Shown in pieces: positions 20,470 through 32,956 of a stretch of DNA of 64,000 bases. Origin of the DNA: an uncultured Spirochaetota bacterium (lineage in GTDB: Bacteria > Spirochaetota > Spirochaetia > SZUA-6 > DRHE01); assembly GCA_963736785.1 (NCBI GenBank), contig CAVTQG010000030.1, positions 7,206 through 71,205 of the forward strand. Direction: 5' to 3'. The position numbers and the translations under genes were made by a program. The notes under the pieces are model-generated. The model did no database searches, had not been told where the DNA came from, and saw only the letters and a list, made by a program, of their open reading frames with translations. The stretch's first letter is position 1, and the number at the start of each line of letters is the position of its first letter.

Positions 20470-22050
20470 ATGGAGCGCACCGTCCGTTTTCTGCTCAATG
20501 ACGAGATTTCCCAGGCTGACCCTGCCCTCCGGGCTGGCGGTGCTGGACCTGCTGCGCCGGGAGCGGCGCCTCACCGGCACGCGCGAAGGCTGCCGGGAGG
20601 GGGACTGCGGGGCCTGCCTGGTGCTGCTGGGCGAGCCGGAGGGCGGGGAGGTGCGCTACCGGCCGGTGAACTCCTGCCTGTCTGCCCCTCGGGGAGCTGG
20701 AAGGCCGCCACCTGGTCACCATCGAAGGGCTGAACCCGCCCGCCGGGTCCGGGCCCGGCCCCGCGCTGAATCCCATCCAGGCGCGCTTTCGTCGAGGAAG
20801 GCGCCACGCAGTGCGGCTTCTGCACCCCCGGCTTCATCGTCGCGCTGACCGGCTACTTCCTGGGCAATCCGAGACCCCGACCCCGAGTCGGCCGAGGACG
20901 CGGTGGCCGGGAACCTCTGCCGCTGCACGGGCTACGCCTCCATCCGCCGCGCCATCGGCCGGCTGCTGGCGCAGCACCGGGCCCTGCCGGCGGGGCCCGT
21001 CCTGGAAGCTGCGTCGGCTGGGGCATCGCGCCGGCCTGGCTGGCGGAGGCCCCGGCGCGCCTCGCGGCGTTCGGGCGGAGGCGGCGCCCAGCGCCAGGCG
21101 GGGCCGTCCCGCGCCGCCGTCGCAGCGAGGCCGCCACGAGCCGCCCGGCCGCCGGCCCCGCGGCCAGCGCCGCCGTGCTGGTGGCCGGCGGCACCGACCT
21201 GTTCGTGCAGCGCCCCGAGGAGCTGCAGGACGCCCCGCTGGTCTTCCTGTCGGAGCGCGACCTGGCGCGCACCTGGGTCCGGGACGGGCGGCGCTTCCTG
21301 GGCGCGACGCTGCCGATGGAGGACCTCTGCGGTCGTGCCCCCGTTCGCCGACTACCTGTCCTGCGTGGCCTCCGGGCCGGTGCGGCAGCGGGCCACGGTG
21401 GGGGGCAACCTGGTGAACGCCTCCCCGATCGGGGACTTCACGATCATGCTCCTGGCCCTGGACGCGGTCCTGGGCATCCGCGGGGCCGACCTGCCGGCGC
21501 GCGAGACACCGGCGCTGCGCGAGCTGCCGCTGCGGGACTTCTACCGCGGCTACAAGAAGCTGGACCTGGCCGAGGGGGAGGTCGTGGAGTGGGTGGCCTT
21601 TGCCGAGCCGCGGGACGCCGGCTTCCACTTCGAGAAGGTGGGGCGCCGGCAGCACCTGGACATCGCCAGCGTCAACACGGCGGCGGTCCTGCGGGTCGAG
21701 GACGGCCGCATCCGGGAGGCGCGCCTGGCCGCGGGGGGCGTGGCGCCGGTGCCGCTGCTGCTCGCCCGAACCTCGGAGTACCTGCGCCGGCCGCGACGCC
21801 GGGCCCGAGGCATTGCCGCAGGCGCTGCGCCAGGCGCTGGCCCTGGCCCAGGAGGAGATCGCCCCGATCAGCGACGTGCGCGGCAGCGCGCACTACAAGC
21901 GCCGGCTGCTGAAGCACCTGCTCGATCGCCGTGTTCCTCCGGCTGCTGCCCAGGCATTCCCGGTCGAAGCGGTGGCACTTCTGGACGCGGCGGCGGCAGG
22001 CGGGTCGGGCGCGCCGGGCGGGGCCGGCACGGCAGGCGGGGGCGGGATGA
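20470..22050 (+). CDS. xdhA: Xanthine-dehydrogenase-type small subunit: 2Fe-2S + FAD-binding domains (several frame breaks)
   Basis: MERTVRFLLNDE.., [115 protein letters not shown]. Removing one base near 21925 gives a stop that overlaps the xdhB ATG (ATGA at 22047). Confidence 0.75.
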
Positions 22051-24325
22051 GCGAGCGCCCGGACCGCCTGCTGGACATGGCCCTGCACGTGCGGGGCGAG
22101 TCCCGCTACGTGGACGACCTGACCCCGCCCGCGGGTACGCTGCACGCGGCGGTGTTCGCTTCACCGGTGGCGCACGGCCGCATCCGCCGCCTGGACATCT
22201 CCAAGGCCCTGGCCCGCCCCGGGGTGCGCGGCGCGTTCACGGCCGCGGACATCCCCGGGGAGAACCAGATCGGCGGCATCCTCCCCGACGAGCCCCTGCT
22301 GGCCGACGGGGAGGTGCATTGCGTCGGGGAGCCGGTGGCGCTGGTCGTGGCGGACACCGCGCGCCTGGCCCGCGCCGCCCTGGGCGCCGTGGAGCTGGAG
22401 GTGGAGAAGCTCCCGGCGGTGTTCGACCCGCGCGAGGCCTTCCGGCAAGGCCTGCTGATCGCCGCCCGTGCGCACCTTCGCCATCGGAGACGTGGAGGCG
22501 GCCTGGAAGAACTGCGACGTCGTGGTGGAAGGCCGGGTGGACTCCGGCGGCCAGGAGCACGTGTACCTGGAAACCCAGGCCGCGCTGGCCCTGCCCGGCG
22601 AGGGAGGGTCCATCAAGGTGATCTCGGCCACCCAGGGTCCCACGGCGGTGCAGAAGGCCGTGGCCCGCGTGCTGGGACTGCCCATGCACCTGGTGGAGGT
22701 GGAGGTCCTGAGGCTGGGCGGCGGCTTCGGCGGCAAGGAGGACCAGGCCACGCCCTGGGCCTGCCTGGCCGCGCTGGCCGCCTTCCGCCTGGGCCGGCCG
22801 GTCAAGCTCGTGCTGCAGCGGCAGGAGGACATGCGCCTGACCGGCAAGCGCCACCCCTACTCGTCGGACTTCCGCCTGGGGGCCGACTACGACGGACGCC
22901 TCCTGGCTTACCAGGTCAGCTTCTACCAGAACTCCGGCTGGACGGCCGACCTGTCCACCCCGATCCTGGAGCGCACCCTTTTCCACGCCACGGGCAGCTA
23001 CCACATCCCCAACGTGCGGGCCACGGGGGCCTGCTGCCGCACCAACCTGCCCTCCAACACGGCCTTCCGCGGCTTCGGCGGGCCCCAGGCCATGCTGGTG
23101 ATCGAGGCGGCCATCGTCCGGCTGGCCGAGACCCTGGGCCTGGAGCCCGGCGGCAGTGCAGGAGAGGAACCTGCTGGCCGACGGGGACGCGCTGCCGTAC
23201 GGGCAGCGCTTCCGCGGCGGCCAGGCCCGCCGCTGCTGGCAGATGGCCCGGACCCGCTACCGGCTGGAGGAGCGACGCTGGCAGGTGGCGGAGTTCAACC
23301 GCACCCATCCGCTGGCCAAGAAGGGGCTGGCCCTGATGCCCGTGTGCTTCGGCATCTCCTTCACCAACCAGACGCTCAACCAGGCCGGGGCCCTGGTGCA
23401 CGTGTACACCGACGGCAGCGTGAGCCTGGCCACCGGCGCGGTGGAGATGGGGCAGGGGGTGCACCGCAAGCTGCGTGAGGTGGTCTCCCGCGCCTTCTCC
23501 ATCGACCGGGAGCGCGTGCGCCTGGAGCCCACCAGCACGGCCCAGGTGCCCAACACCTCCCCGACCGCCGCTTCCACCGGCACGGACCTGAACGGCAGGG
23601 CGGCGGAGCTGGCCTGCCGGGCGATCTTGGAGCGCCTGCGGGAAGCCGCGGCCCGCGAGCTGGGCAAGGACCATCCGGAACAGGTGGAGATCCGCGAGGA
23701 GCAGGTGTTCTACGAAGGCCGGCCCACCTCCCTCACCTGGGAACGCCTGGCGGCCGCCGCCTATGCCCGCCGGGTGAGCCTGTCCGCCCAGGCGCACTAC
23801 GCCACCCCGGGCATTCATTTCGACCGCGCCACCGAAAAGGGGGAGCCTTTCGCCTACCACGCCTGCGGGACCGCCTTGTGCGAGGTCACCCTGGATTGCC
23901 TGCGCGGCACCTACCTGGTGGAGTCGGTGGAGGCCGTGCACGACCTGGGCCCCAGCCTGGACGCCGCGGCGGATCGCGGTCAGGCCGAGGGAGGCATCGT
24001 GCAGGGCCTGGGCTGGCTGACCCTCGAGGAGGTCCTGCACGCCGAGGACGGCAGCCTGCTTTCCGCCGCCCTGGCCAGCTACAAGGTGCCGGACATCCAC
24101 TTCGCGCCGCGCCGGCTGGAGGTGCATTTCCTGGAAGACACCGTGAACCCCCTGGGGGTGTTCAACGCTAAAGCCATCGGGGAGCCGCCGTTCATGTACG
24201 GAATCGGAGTGTTTTTCGCCCTGCGGGCCGCCATGCGGGCTTTCCGCCCCGATGGCGAGCTGGCCATTGTCGCCCCGCTCACGCCGGAGCGGGTCCTGAT
24301 GCAGCTGGCCGGCGAATCGCAGTAG
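22047..24325 (+). CDS. xdhB: Xanthine-dehydrogenase-type molybdopterin-binding subunit (frame breaks near 22460 and 23150)
   Basis: MSERPDRLLDMALHVRGESRYVDDL..., [81 protein letters not shown]. Spread over track ORFs 21600.., 22468.. and 23156..24325. Confidence 0.85.
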
Positions 24326-24326
24326 C

Positions 24327-27300
24327 ATGGCCGCCAGCCTGGAAACCCGGGTTCGCAAAACCGCAGTGCGGCTCCTGAAAGCCATGGGAGCCGAGAAGCC
24401 CGCCGTGTTCCGGCGAGACACCTGGGCCGGCAAGGCGGTCCAGCAGTGCCTGGCCAACGGCGTCTTCCGCGCCGCTTTCCTGCGCTTCCTGGACGTGTTC
24501 CCTGCTCTGGCCTCCCCCGCGGCCCTGTCCCGGCACGTGCAGGAGTACTTCGGCCGCCCCGAGCTGGCGCCCCAGGCCGAGGCGCTGGGCATCGTGCGCG
24601 CCGACCCGGAGTCCACGGCGGCCCTGGACACCGCCTCGGTGCTGTCCGTGCGCCTGGCCCAGATGGCCGGAATCTTCATCGCCGGGGCCGGCTTCGCGGA
24701 GGCCGAGCCCGTGCTTACCGCGCTGCGCGGTCAGGGGACGGCCTTTTCGGCGGACATCCTGGGGGAGGCGGTGGTCTCGGAGCGCGAGGCGGAGGCCCAT
24801 GTCGCGGCCTACCTGAAGCTCCTGGACGACCTGGCGGCGCTGGCCGGCTCCTGGCCGCCGCTGGGCAGCGGCACCTTGAACCTGGACTGGGGGCACACGC
24901 CCAAGATCAACATCTCGGTAAAGCCCTCCGCGCTGTATTCGCAGCTGCGGGCCGTGTCCTTCCGGCACTCCGTGGAGCGGGCCAAGGAGCGCCTGGCGGA
25001 GATATATCGCCGGGCGATCAAGCTCGGCGCGCACGTCATCCTGGACATGGAGAGCCGCGAGCACAAGAACCTCACCCTGGAGACATACAAGAGCCTGAAC
25101 CTGGAGCCGGAGTTCGCGGACTTCCCGCACTCCGGCCTGATCGTGCAGAGCTATTTACGGGAGAGCGAGCGCGACCTGGACGAACTGCTGAGCTGGGCGC
25201 GCAACCATCGCCAGCGCTTCACCGTGCGCCTGGTCAAGGGCGCCTACTGGGAGGCCGAGCGGGTATGGGCCATCCAGCGCGGCTGGCCCCTGCCGGTGTA
25301 CCTGGACAAGGTCGAGACGGACCTGAGTTTCGAGCGGCAGGCCCGGCGCCTGCTGGAGAACCACCCCTTCCTGGATTTCGCCTGCGCCACCCACAATGTC
25401 CGCACGATCGCCTGGGTGCTGGAGAACGCCCGCCAGCTGAAGGTGCCCGCCGATCGCCTGGAGTTTCAGGTGCTCTACGGCATGGCCGAGCCCCTGGCGC
25501 GGGCGCTGGTAGCCGAGGGTCTGCGCGTGCGGGTGTACGCTCCGATCGGGGGCATGGTGCCCGGCATGGCCTACCTGATCCGCCGCCTCCTGGAGGTGAG
25601 CTCACCCCAGGCCTTTCTGCGCAAGGCCTACCAGGCGTACGACCTGAGCGAAGGCCCGGGACTGGATGAACTGCTGGGCGCCCCGCAGGAGCCCTCCGGC
25701 GCGGCGAAGCCCGCCAGCGGCGCGAAGCCCGCCTTAAGCGGCGCCGCCAGCGTGCCTGCTGCGGCGGCGAGCCAGGCCGCGGGCGCGCCCAACGCGGGCC
25801 TGGGCCGCCATTTCCGCAACGAGCCGGTGCGCGACTGGACCCTGGCGGAGACCCGGGAGCGCTTCGCCGCCGCGCTGCAGGCGGTGAGGGAGAAGCTGCC
25901 CTACCGCATCGGCCCGGTCATCGGCGAGCGGGAGCGGGCCAGCTCCGCCTCCGGCCGCAAGGAAGCGGAGGCGCGGCACGAGATCGTCTCGCTGAACCCC
26001 AACCAGCCCGGGGAGGTGGTAGGCCTGGTGGCCAGCTCCGACCGCCGGGAGCTGAAAGCCGCCGTGGCCGCCGCTGCCGGGGCCTTCCCGGCCTGGCGCG
26101 ACACGGCGCCGGAGACGCGCGCCGAAGCCCTGCTGGCGGCGGCCGCCACGGCGCGGGAGGCCCGCGACGAGCTGGCGGCCCTGGAGGTCCTGGAGGCGGG
26201 CAAGGCCTGGGAGGAGGCCGACGCGGACGTCTGCGAGGCCATCGACTACCTGGAGTACTACGCCCGGCACATGGCGCGCTTGGGGCGGGGAGTGGAGCTG
26301 GGGGTGGCCGGCGAATCCAGCCGCCTGGACTACGCCCCCCGCGGGGTGGCCGCGGTGATCGCCCCGTGGAACTTCCCCCTGGCCATCGCCATGGGCATGG
26401 TCTCCGCGGCGCTGGTGGCCGGCAACACCGTGGTGTTCAAGCCCTCTTCGCTCACCCCTGTGCTCGGCTCCATGGTCCGCCGGCTCCTGGCCGGGCTGCC
26501 GCCGGGCGTGCTGAGCTTCCTGCCGGCCGCCGGGGCCCAGGCCGGGGACCTGCTCACCGGCCACCCAGGGGTGGCCCTGGTGGCCTTCACCGGCAGCAAG
26601 GAGGTGGGGCTGCACATCCTGGAGCGCGCCGGGCGCTACGCCCAAGAGGCCGGGCAGGTGCGCGTCGTGGTCGCGGAGATGGGCGGCAAGAACGCGGTCA
26701 TCGTCGACGCGGACGCGGACCTGGACGAGGCGGTGGTCCAGGTGGTGCGCTCGGCCTTCGACTACCAGGGCCAGAAGTGCTCGGCCTGTTCCCGGGTGGT
26801 GGTGCTGGAGGAGGTCTACGCCCGTTTCCTGGAGCGCCTGAAGGCGGCGGCGGAAAGCCTGCCGATGGGCCCCGTGGAGGACCCGGCCAACCTGGTGGGG
26901 GCGGTGATCGACGCGGCCTCCCGGGCCAGGATCCGGCGCTACATCGACCTGGGCAGGAGGGAGGGCAAGACGCTGCTGGTGCGCAAGCCTCCCGCCGGTC
27001 CCGGCTTCACGGTGCCGCTGGCCATCTTTCACGACGTGAAGCCCCGCTCCCGCATCGCCACCGAGGAGATTTTCGGGCCGCTGTTGAGCGTGTTCAAGGT
27101 GCGGGACTTCGACCAGGCACTGGCGCTGGCCAACGACAGTCCCTACGCCCTGACCGGGGGCGTGTTCAGCCGCAGCCCCGCGAACCTGGCCAAGGCGGCG
27201 CGGGGCTTCCGGGTGGGCAACCTGTACCTGAATCGCGGCGTGACCGGCGCGGTGGTGGGGCGCCACCCGTTCGGGGGCTCGGGGCTTTCCGGACTGGGCA

Positions 27301-27398
27301 CCAAGGCGGGGGGCCCGGACTACCTGCTTTCCTTCCTGGTTCCGCGCACGATCGCGGAAAACAACCTGCGCCGGGGTTTCGCTCCGGACGCGTTCTAA
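24327..27398 (+). CDS. putA: Bifunctional proline dehydrogenase / L-glutamate-gamma-semialdehyde (P5C) dehydrogenase
   Basis: Intact 1023-aa ORF. The PRODH part has RLVKGAYWE and FQVLYGMAEPLA. The ALDH part has APWNFPLAIAMG, FTGSKEVG, EMGGKNAVIVDADADLDEAV, QGQKCSACSR and EEIFGPLL. Confidence 0.9.
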   Translation: MAASLETRVRKTAVRLLKAMGAEKPAVFRRDTWAGKAVQQCLANGVFRAAFLRFLDVFPALASPAALSRHVQEYFGRPELAPQAEALGIVRADPESTAALDTASVLSVRLAQMAGIFIAGAGFAEAEPVLTALRGQGTAFSADILGEAVVSEREAEAHVAAYLKLLDDLAALAGSWPPLGSGTLNLDWGHTPKINISVKPSALYSQLRAVSFRHSVERAKERLAEIYRRAIKLGAHVILDMESREHKNLTLETYKSLNLEPEFADFPHSGLIVQSYLRESERDLDELLSWARNHRQRFTVRLVKGAYWEAERVWAIQRGWPLPVYLDKVETDLSFERQARRLLENHPFLDFACATHNVRTIAWVLENARQLKVPADRLEFQVLYGMAEPLARALVAEGLRVRVYAPIGGMVPGMAYLIRRLLEVSSPQAFLRKAYQAYDLSEGPGLDELLGAPQEPSGAAKPASGAKPALSGAASVPAAAASQAAGAPNAGLGRHFRNEPVRDWTLAETRERFAAALQAVREKLPYRIGPVIGERERASSASGRKEAEARHEIVSLNPNQPGEVVGLVASSDRRELKAAVAAAAGAFPAWRDTAPETRAEALLAAAATAREARDELAALEVLEAGKAWEEADADVCEAIDYLEYYARHMARLGRGVELGVAGESSRLDYAPRGVAAVIAPWNFPLAIAMGMVSAALVAGNTVVFKPSSLTPVLGSMVRRLLAGLPPGVLSFLPAAGAQAGDLLTGHPGVALVAFTGSKEVGLHILERAGRYAQEAGQVRVVVAEMGGKNAVIVDADADLDEAVVQVVRSAFDYQGQKCSACSRVVVLEEVYARFLERLKAAAESLPMGPVEDPANLVGAVIDAASRARIRRYIDLGRREGKTLLVRKPPAGPGFTVPLAIFHDVKPRSRIATEEIFGPLLSVFKVRDFDQALALANDSPYALTGGVFSRSPANLAKAARGFRVGNLYLNRGVTGAVVGRHPFGGSGLSGLGTKAGGPDYLLSFLVPRTIAENNLRRGFAPDAF

Positions 27399-27417
27399 CC
27401 AAGACAGGGGGACTGGA

Positions 27418-30400
27418 GTGCGGCGGTTGGGACTGGACATTGGCTCTCTGTACCTTGGAGCCGTGCTCCTGGAGGAGAACGGGGTTGTCGGCTCGGCGTA
27501 TCGGGAGCACAAGGGCGACATCGCCGCGGCCCTGCGGGAGCTGCTGGCCGAGCCGGCCCTGAGCGGCTACCAGGCAGTCGGGGTGACCGGCAGCCTGCCG
27601 GAGCCTGCCCCCGGGATTCTGGACCCCGCCCTGGCAGTGATCGAGGGCGCGCGCTGCCTGCTGCCCGGGTGCCGCAACGTGTTCTCCGTGGGCGGGGAGT
27701 CCTTCGCCCTGATCCTCTACGACCAGGCCGGGCGCTACCGCGAGCACAACGTCAACCCGCCGTGCGCCTCCGGCACCGGGAGCTTCATCGAGCAGCAGGC
27801 CCGGCGCCTGGGGCTGTCCGTGGAGGAACTGGACCGCAAGGCGGGGGAGCACCGCGGCCGGCGCCCGCGGATCGCCACCCGCTGCGCCGTGTTCGCCAAG
27901 ACGGACATCGTGCACGCCATGCAGGAGGGCTACTCCCTGGAGGCCGTCTGCGCCGGCCTGTGCGATGGGCTGGCCGGAACGCTGGCCGACAGCCTGGTGA
28001 AGGGGCGCGAGCTGGCCGAGCCCGTGGGGATCGTGGGCGGGGTGGCCCGCAACGCGGCCATCGTGGCGGCCCTGGGCAAGGCCCTCGGCTTGACCGTGAC
28101 CGCCCCCGCGCACGCCCACCTGGCCGGCGCGGTCGGGGCGGCGCTGCTGGGGCGCGAGGAGAGGCCGGAGCTGGAAGCGCTGCTGCGCGGCACCTCGCGC
28201 CGCAGGGCCACCCGGCCGCCGCTGCCCGCTTCGCCGGCGGTATCCGGCGACGTGGCCGGCTCGCCCCCCGGCGGCTTCCAGTTCCGGCAGGATGGCGAGG
28301 TGGAGGTGATGTCGCGCGACGGCGCGAAACCCGGCGGCGAAGGCACGCTATACCTGGGCGTGGACGTGGGCTCCACCAGCACCAAGACGGTGCTCCTGGA
28401 CGGGCACGGGGGTTTCGTGGGCGGGTTCTACACCGCGACCGCCGGCCGCCCGGTGGAGGCCATGCGCCGGCTGCTGGCCTCTATGCGGACCTTCCTGAGC
28501 GCCGGCGTGTCTGCGCGCATGGACGCGGCTTCGCGCGCTGAGCGCGGCTGGCAACCCGGCAGGAGGCCGGCCAGCTGGCCGGCGCGGCCACCACCGGCTC
28601 GGGCCGCGCCATGATCCGGGAGCTGTTCCGGGCCGAGCTGGCCATCGACGAGATCACGGCCCACGCGCGGGCGGCCGTGCACCTGGACCCGGCCGTGGAC
28701 ACAATCACTAGAGAGTCGGCGGCCAGGACTCCAAGTTCACGCGCCTCCGGGACGGGGAGGTCTACTTCTCCACGATGAACTACGCCTGCGCGGCGGGCAC
28801 CGGGAGTTTCATCGAGGAGCAGGCCCGCCGGCTGGGGGTCAGCCTGGAGCGCTTCGCGGCCATGGCCGCCGGCTCCGAGGCCCCGTTCACCAGCGACCGC
28901 TGCACGGTGTACATGGAGCGCGACCTGGGCTTGCTGCTGGCCGAAGGCTGGTCCGGCGAGGCGGTGGCCGCCGCCGTGCTGCACTCGGTGCGCGACAACT
29001 ACCTGTCCAAGGTCGTGGGCCGCAGCCCCCTGGGCGAGCACATCGTGTTCCAGGGGGCCACCGGGCGCAACTCCGCGCTGGTGGCGGCCTTCGAGCAGCG
29101 CCTGGGGCGGCGCATCCACGTGTCCCCCTTCTGCCATCTGACCGGGGCCCTGGGCGCGGCCCTGATCGCGCGCGAGGCCTTTCCCGCCGCGCGCGGGCAG
29201 GACTCGGCGTTCCTGTGGGAGAGCGAGGGCATTCAGCTTTCCCAGGAAGCCTGCGCCCTGTGCGCCAACCGCTGCCTGCTCACCGTGGCCGCCGTGGACG
29301 GGCGGCGCGCGGGCTGGGGCATGAAGTGCGGCCGGGAGTACGCAAGCCAGCGGAGGGCGGAGGAAACGGCCTCCGCGCCGGAGCGCCGTTTCGCCGAGGC
29401 CATGCGGCCGCTGCTGGAGCCGCAGGCCGGAGAATCGGCGGGCGGCGCACAGGCTGCGGGCGCCGGGAAGGCCGCGGCCACCGACGCGCAGGTCACGGCC
29501 GCCGCAAAGGCCGCAGCCCGCGCCCAAATTCGCATCGGCCTGCCCCTGGCCCTGTACGGCGTCTCGCTGTACCCGCTGTGGCGCTTCTTCCTGTCCCGCC
29601 TGGGCTTCCGGGTCGGAGGCCAGCCGCCCCGGGCGCCGCACCCTGGAGCGCGGCAAGGGGCTGGTCAACTCCGACTTCTGCGCGCCCATGGTCGCCGCCC
29701 ACGGGCACGTGGAGCAGCTGGCCGAAGGCGGCGTGGACTGGCTGTTCTTCCCGGCGGTGATCAACGAGCACGACCCGGACCTGGAAGGGGAGCTGCAGTT
29801 TCGAAAGAAGAAGAGCGACGACTACTTCTGCTACTACTCGCAGTACCTGCCCACAATTGTAGCGAAGCTCACCACCCTGGAGCTGGGAGAGCGGCTGCTG
29901 TCGCCGCTGGTCTTCTTCCACCGCAAGAGTCTGGAGGAGGTGGCCCGAGACATCCACGCGGAGTTGAGCCGGGCTTTCCCCGACCTGGGCCTGGAAGAGA
30001 CCCTGGAAGCCCTGACCGAGGCCCGCCGCCTGTACGCGGAGGCGCGCAGCCGTTGGGTGGCCCTCGCTTCCGAGGCGTTGCGGTCGGGGCGCGGGGCGGC
30101 TCCCGGGGCGGCCTCCGAGGGCCCGGGCCCGCGGGTGGTGCTGCTGGGCCGGCCCTACGTGGTGTTCGACCCGGCCCTCAACCTGGGGCTGCCGCGCAAG
30201 CTGGAGGAGCTGGGCGCGGAGGTCTACTGGCAGGAAGAGCTGGACCTGGACGGGTTCGAGCCTTCGTATGCCCGCCAGTACCTGGAGCGCATGCACTGGC
30301 ACTACGGCAAGCAGATTCTCAAGGCCGCCGAGTATTGCGCCGCCACGCCGGGGCTGTACACCGTGTTCCTGACCTGCTTCCGCTGCAGCCCGGACGCCTT

Positions 30401-31733
30401 CCTGATCAGCTACGTGAAGGACATCTGCGAGCGCTACGGAAAGCCTTTCCTGGTGCTGCAGCTGGACGAGCACGCCTCGGACGTGGGCTACACCACGCGC
30501 CTGGAGGCGGGCCTGCGCTCCTTCGCCAACCACCTTCACCAAGGCGCCCTCCCGCCCCGCCCCGCGCGCACGCACCCGCGTGATGACGCGCTGGCTGTCG
30601 GGGACACGGTGCTGGTGCCGTACCTGGACCGCCTGATCAGCCGCTTCTGGGCCGACAGCTTCACCCGGGCCGGCTACCCGGCGGTGGTGCTGGAGGCCGA
30701 CGAGAAGGCCCTGAACACCGGCTACCGCTACGCCAGCGGCGGGGAGTGCCTGCCCCTGGTGTCCATCATCGGCGGGGCGATCGAGAAGCTGCGGGGGGGC
30801 GGCCTGGACCCGGCGCGCACCTTCTTCTTCATGCCCACCTCCTGCTACGCCTGCAACTTCCCCCAGTTCAACGTCCTGGCCGAGCTGGCCTTCCGCACCG
30901 CCGGCTTGAGCGGGGTGAAGATCGGCTCAGATCAACGGCATGGCCCTGGCCGAGCGCCTGCCCCAGAGCGTGGCGGCCAGGATCTTCGAGTCCAACATCG
31001 CCGCGGGCCTGCTGTACAAACTGCGCTACCGCATCCGGCCCTACGAGGTGCACGCGGGGCAGACACAGGGCGTGTTCGACCGGGCCGTGGAGCGGGTGAG
31101 CGCGGCCATCCGGGCAGGCGCGGACCTGCGCGCCGCGCTGTCCGCCGCGGTCGAGGAGTTTCGCGGGATCCGTCGCGACGAGTCCGCCGGCCGCCGGCCG
31201 CGCGTGGCCGTGCTGGGCGACCTGTACGTGAAGTACAGCGAGGAGGCCAACCGGCGCGTGCTGGACCTGGTGGAGAGCAGGGCGGGGAGCTGGTGGTGCC
31301 CTCCATGACCGAGTACGCCTTCTGCTACTACTACGCCGACGCCCGCTTCTACGGCGACGACCCGCGGCACTACCGCCTGCTGCGCTCCATCGAGAGCCGC
31401 TACGAGAAGCTGGCCGCGGACCTGATCGGCGAGCAGCTGGAGCCGGACTTCGCCGAGTGCGTGCGCCTGATGGAGGCCTGGCGGGTGAAGCACTTCATCG
31501 TGGGGGAGACCTCGATCAACCTGGGCCGCGCCCTCTACTACCTGGAGCACGGCGAGGCGGAGGCGGTGCTGCACCTGAACCCCATGTTCTGCTGCCCCGG
31601 GGTGGTCACCGCCTCGATCTACCGCAAGATGCAGGAGGACTACGGGGTGCCGATCGTGGACCTGTTCTACGAGGGCACGGGCAACCCCAACCGCATCCTC
31701 ATCCCGCACCTAAGCTACCTGCGGCGCAGGTGA
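27418..31733 (+). CDS. Giant BcrAD/BadFG-type CoA-enzyme activase fused to 2-hydroxyacyl-CoA-dehydratase-related domains (about 1430 aa; multiple frame breaks)
   Basis: Two ATPase modules (LGLDIGSLYLGAV..CASGTGSFIEQQARRLG; LGVDVGSTSTKTVLL..CAAGTGSFIEEQARRLG) are followed by ...CANRCLLT..., FCAPMVAAHGHVEQL, VVLLGRPYVVFDPALNLGLPRKLEELGAEV, FLTCFRCSPDAF, LQLDEHASDVGYTTRLEA and HLNPMFCCPGVV. Spread over track ORFs 27418.., 28775.. and 29688..31733. Confidence 0.8.
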
Positions 31734-31760
31734 GAAGGCAGCGGCAGCGCGCGGGCAGCC

Positions 31761-32722
31761 CTACCGGACCTGCTTTTCGAAGCCGGCCAGGGAGGCGGGC
31801 AGTCCGTCGGCAGCCGACTGGCGGGCGAACTCCAGTGCCACGGCGGCGAACATCCGCTCGCGGTACCTCTCGTCCACGGGCACGAACAGGAAGCGGCCGC
31901 CCGGCAGCTCCCGGGCGATTCTCGGGTAATGGCTCTGATCGTGCACCTTGTCCGCGGTGCCGTTGAGCACGAACAGCTCGCGCGCCAGGCTGCGCAGGCG
32001 GCCGAACAGCTCGAAGTCGCGCGCCGCCTCGGCGGCCTTCTTCCACTTCCAGATGTCGGCGCTGTTCACGAAGGCGAAGGTGCGCTGCTTCTGGGCGCTC
32101 TCCTTCATGTCCCCCAGCATGGCCTGGCGCAGGAAGGGGCGCAGCAGATGCACCACGGCTGAGGGCAGGAGCGGGGAGATCCAGCGCAGCACCCACTTGG
32201 GAAACCACAGGGTGTGCATGGGGTCGGCCAGGATCACCGTCGGGGCGTCCAGCTCGCCGGCCAGCAGCCCCTCCAGGATCATGGAAGCCCCCCAGCAGGT
32301 GCCCACCAGCACGAAATCCCTCTTGCCGGCCAGGCCCAGGGTCTGCAGGGCTGCCTGGATGTCGCGCGCCGCTGCGCAGCACGGACATGTCCGGCTTTCG
32401 GCCGAGGCGGCTGGAGTTCTTTTCGCGCGTCTCCAGGTAGTACAGCTCGGCCTGGCCGTGGACCATTTCGTAGAAGCTCTGGAAGCCCTGGGGGATGGTC
32501 CCCCAGCCGGGGACCAGCACGATCGGCCGGCGGGCCGCCGGGCTCGGCGGGCCGGCTGTGGTACACCCGCAGCTCGGCGCCCGGCACCGGCACGTAGAGC
32601 TCCCGACTCACCTCCGGGTTCCAGAACTCGGGCGCCCGCCGCCCGTCGGCGCCGAGCAGCTCGCCCACGCGGCGCAGGTGCGCCTCGTCGGCCTGCAAGG
32701 CCAGGCTCATCAGCCGTTCCAT
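31761..32722 (-). CDS. Alpha/beta hydrolase family protein (frame-disrupted)
   Basis: MERLMSLALQADEAHLRRVGELLG...ELRVYHSRPAEPGGPP (ORF 32279..32911), PIVLVPGWGTIPQGFQSFYEMVHGQAELYYLETREK (ORF 31699..32520), FVLVGTCWGASMILEGLLAGE...LFVLNGTADKVHD (ORF 31761..32312). Confidence 0.6.
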
Positions 32723-32956
32723 CGGGGAGGAGAATAGTACGCCTCCTGCGCTCGGGTCAACCCGGCGGAAGCGGGCGGCAGGATCCCGCCCGTATTCAGC
32801 GCCATGTCCCTCCGCCTTTCCGGCGGCGAAATTGAAATCATGCTCTCGGGGTGATATGCTTGTGTATGTCAGTGGTCGAACGTTGCATGCCCGAGAGGCC
32901 CATGGAACCATCTAGCCGGCCTGATATTTCATTTCCGAAAAGGCAGGAGTAACCTC

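Noticed and set aside
20470-24325. Selenocysteine (in-frame TGA) recoding as the cause of interrupted ORFs in the xdh and ygeY-associated genes.
   Set aside because: The interruptions I traced are changes of reading frame, not single in-frame TGA codons with conserved sequence continuing in the same frame. Selenium in this enzyme class is a labile cofactor rather than Sec.
28706-28715. CACTAGAGAG is a locally low-GC patch resembling a BioBrick TACTAGAG cloning scar. It sits inside the activase gene exactly where the conserved ..DTIIEIGGQDSK.. motif should be.
   Set aside because: It is not an exact scar sequence, and there are no other signs of engineering (no vector, marker or standard prefix/suffix). 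The site coincides with one of the many frame-scrambled patches, so a local consensus error is the simpler explanation.
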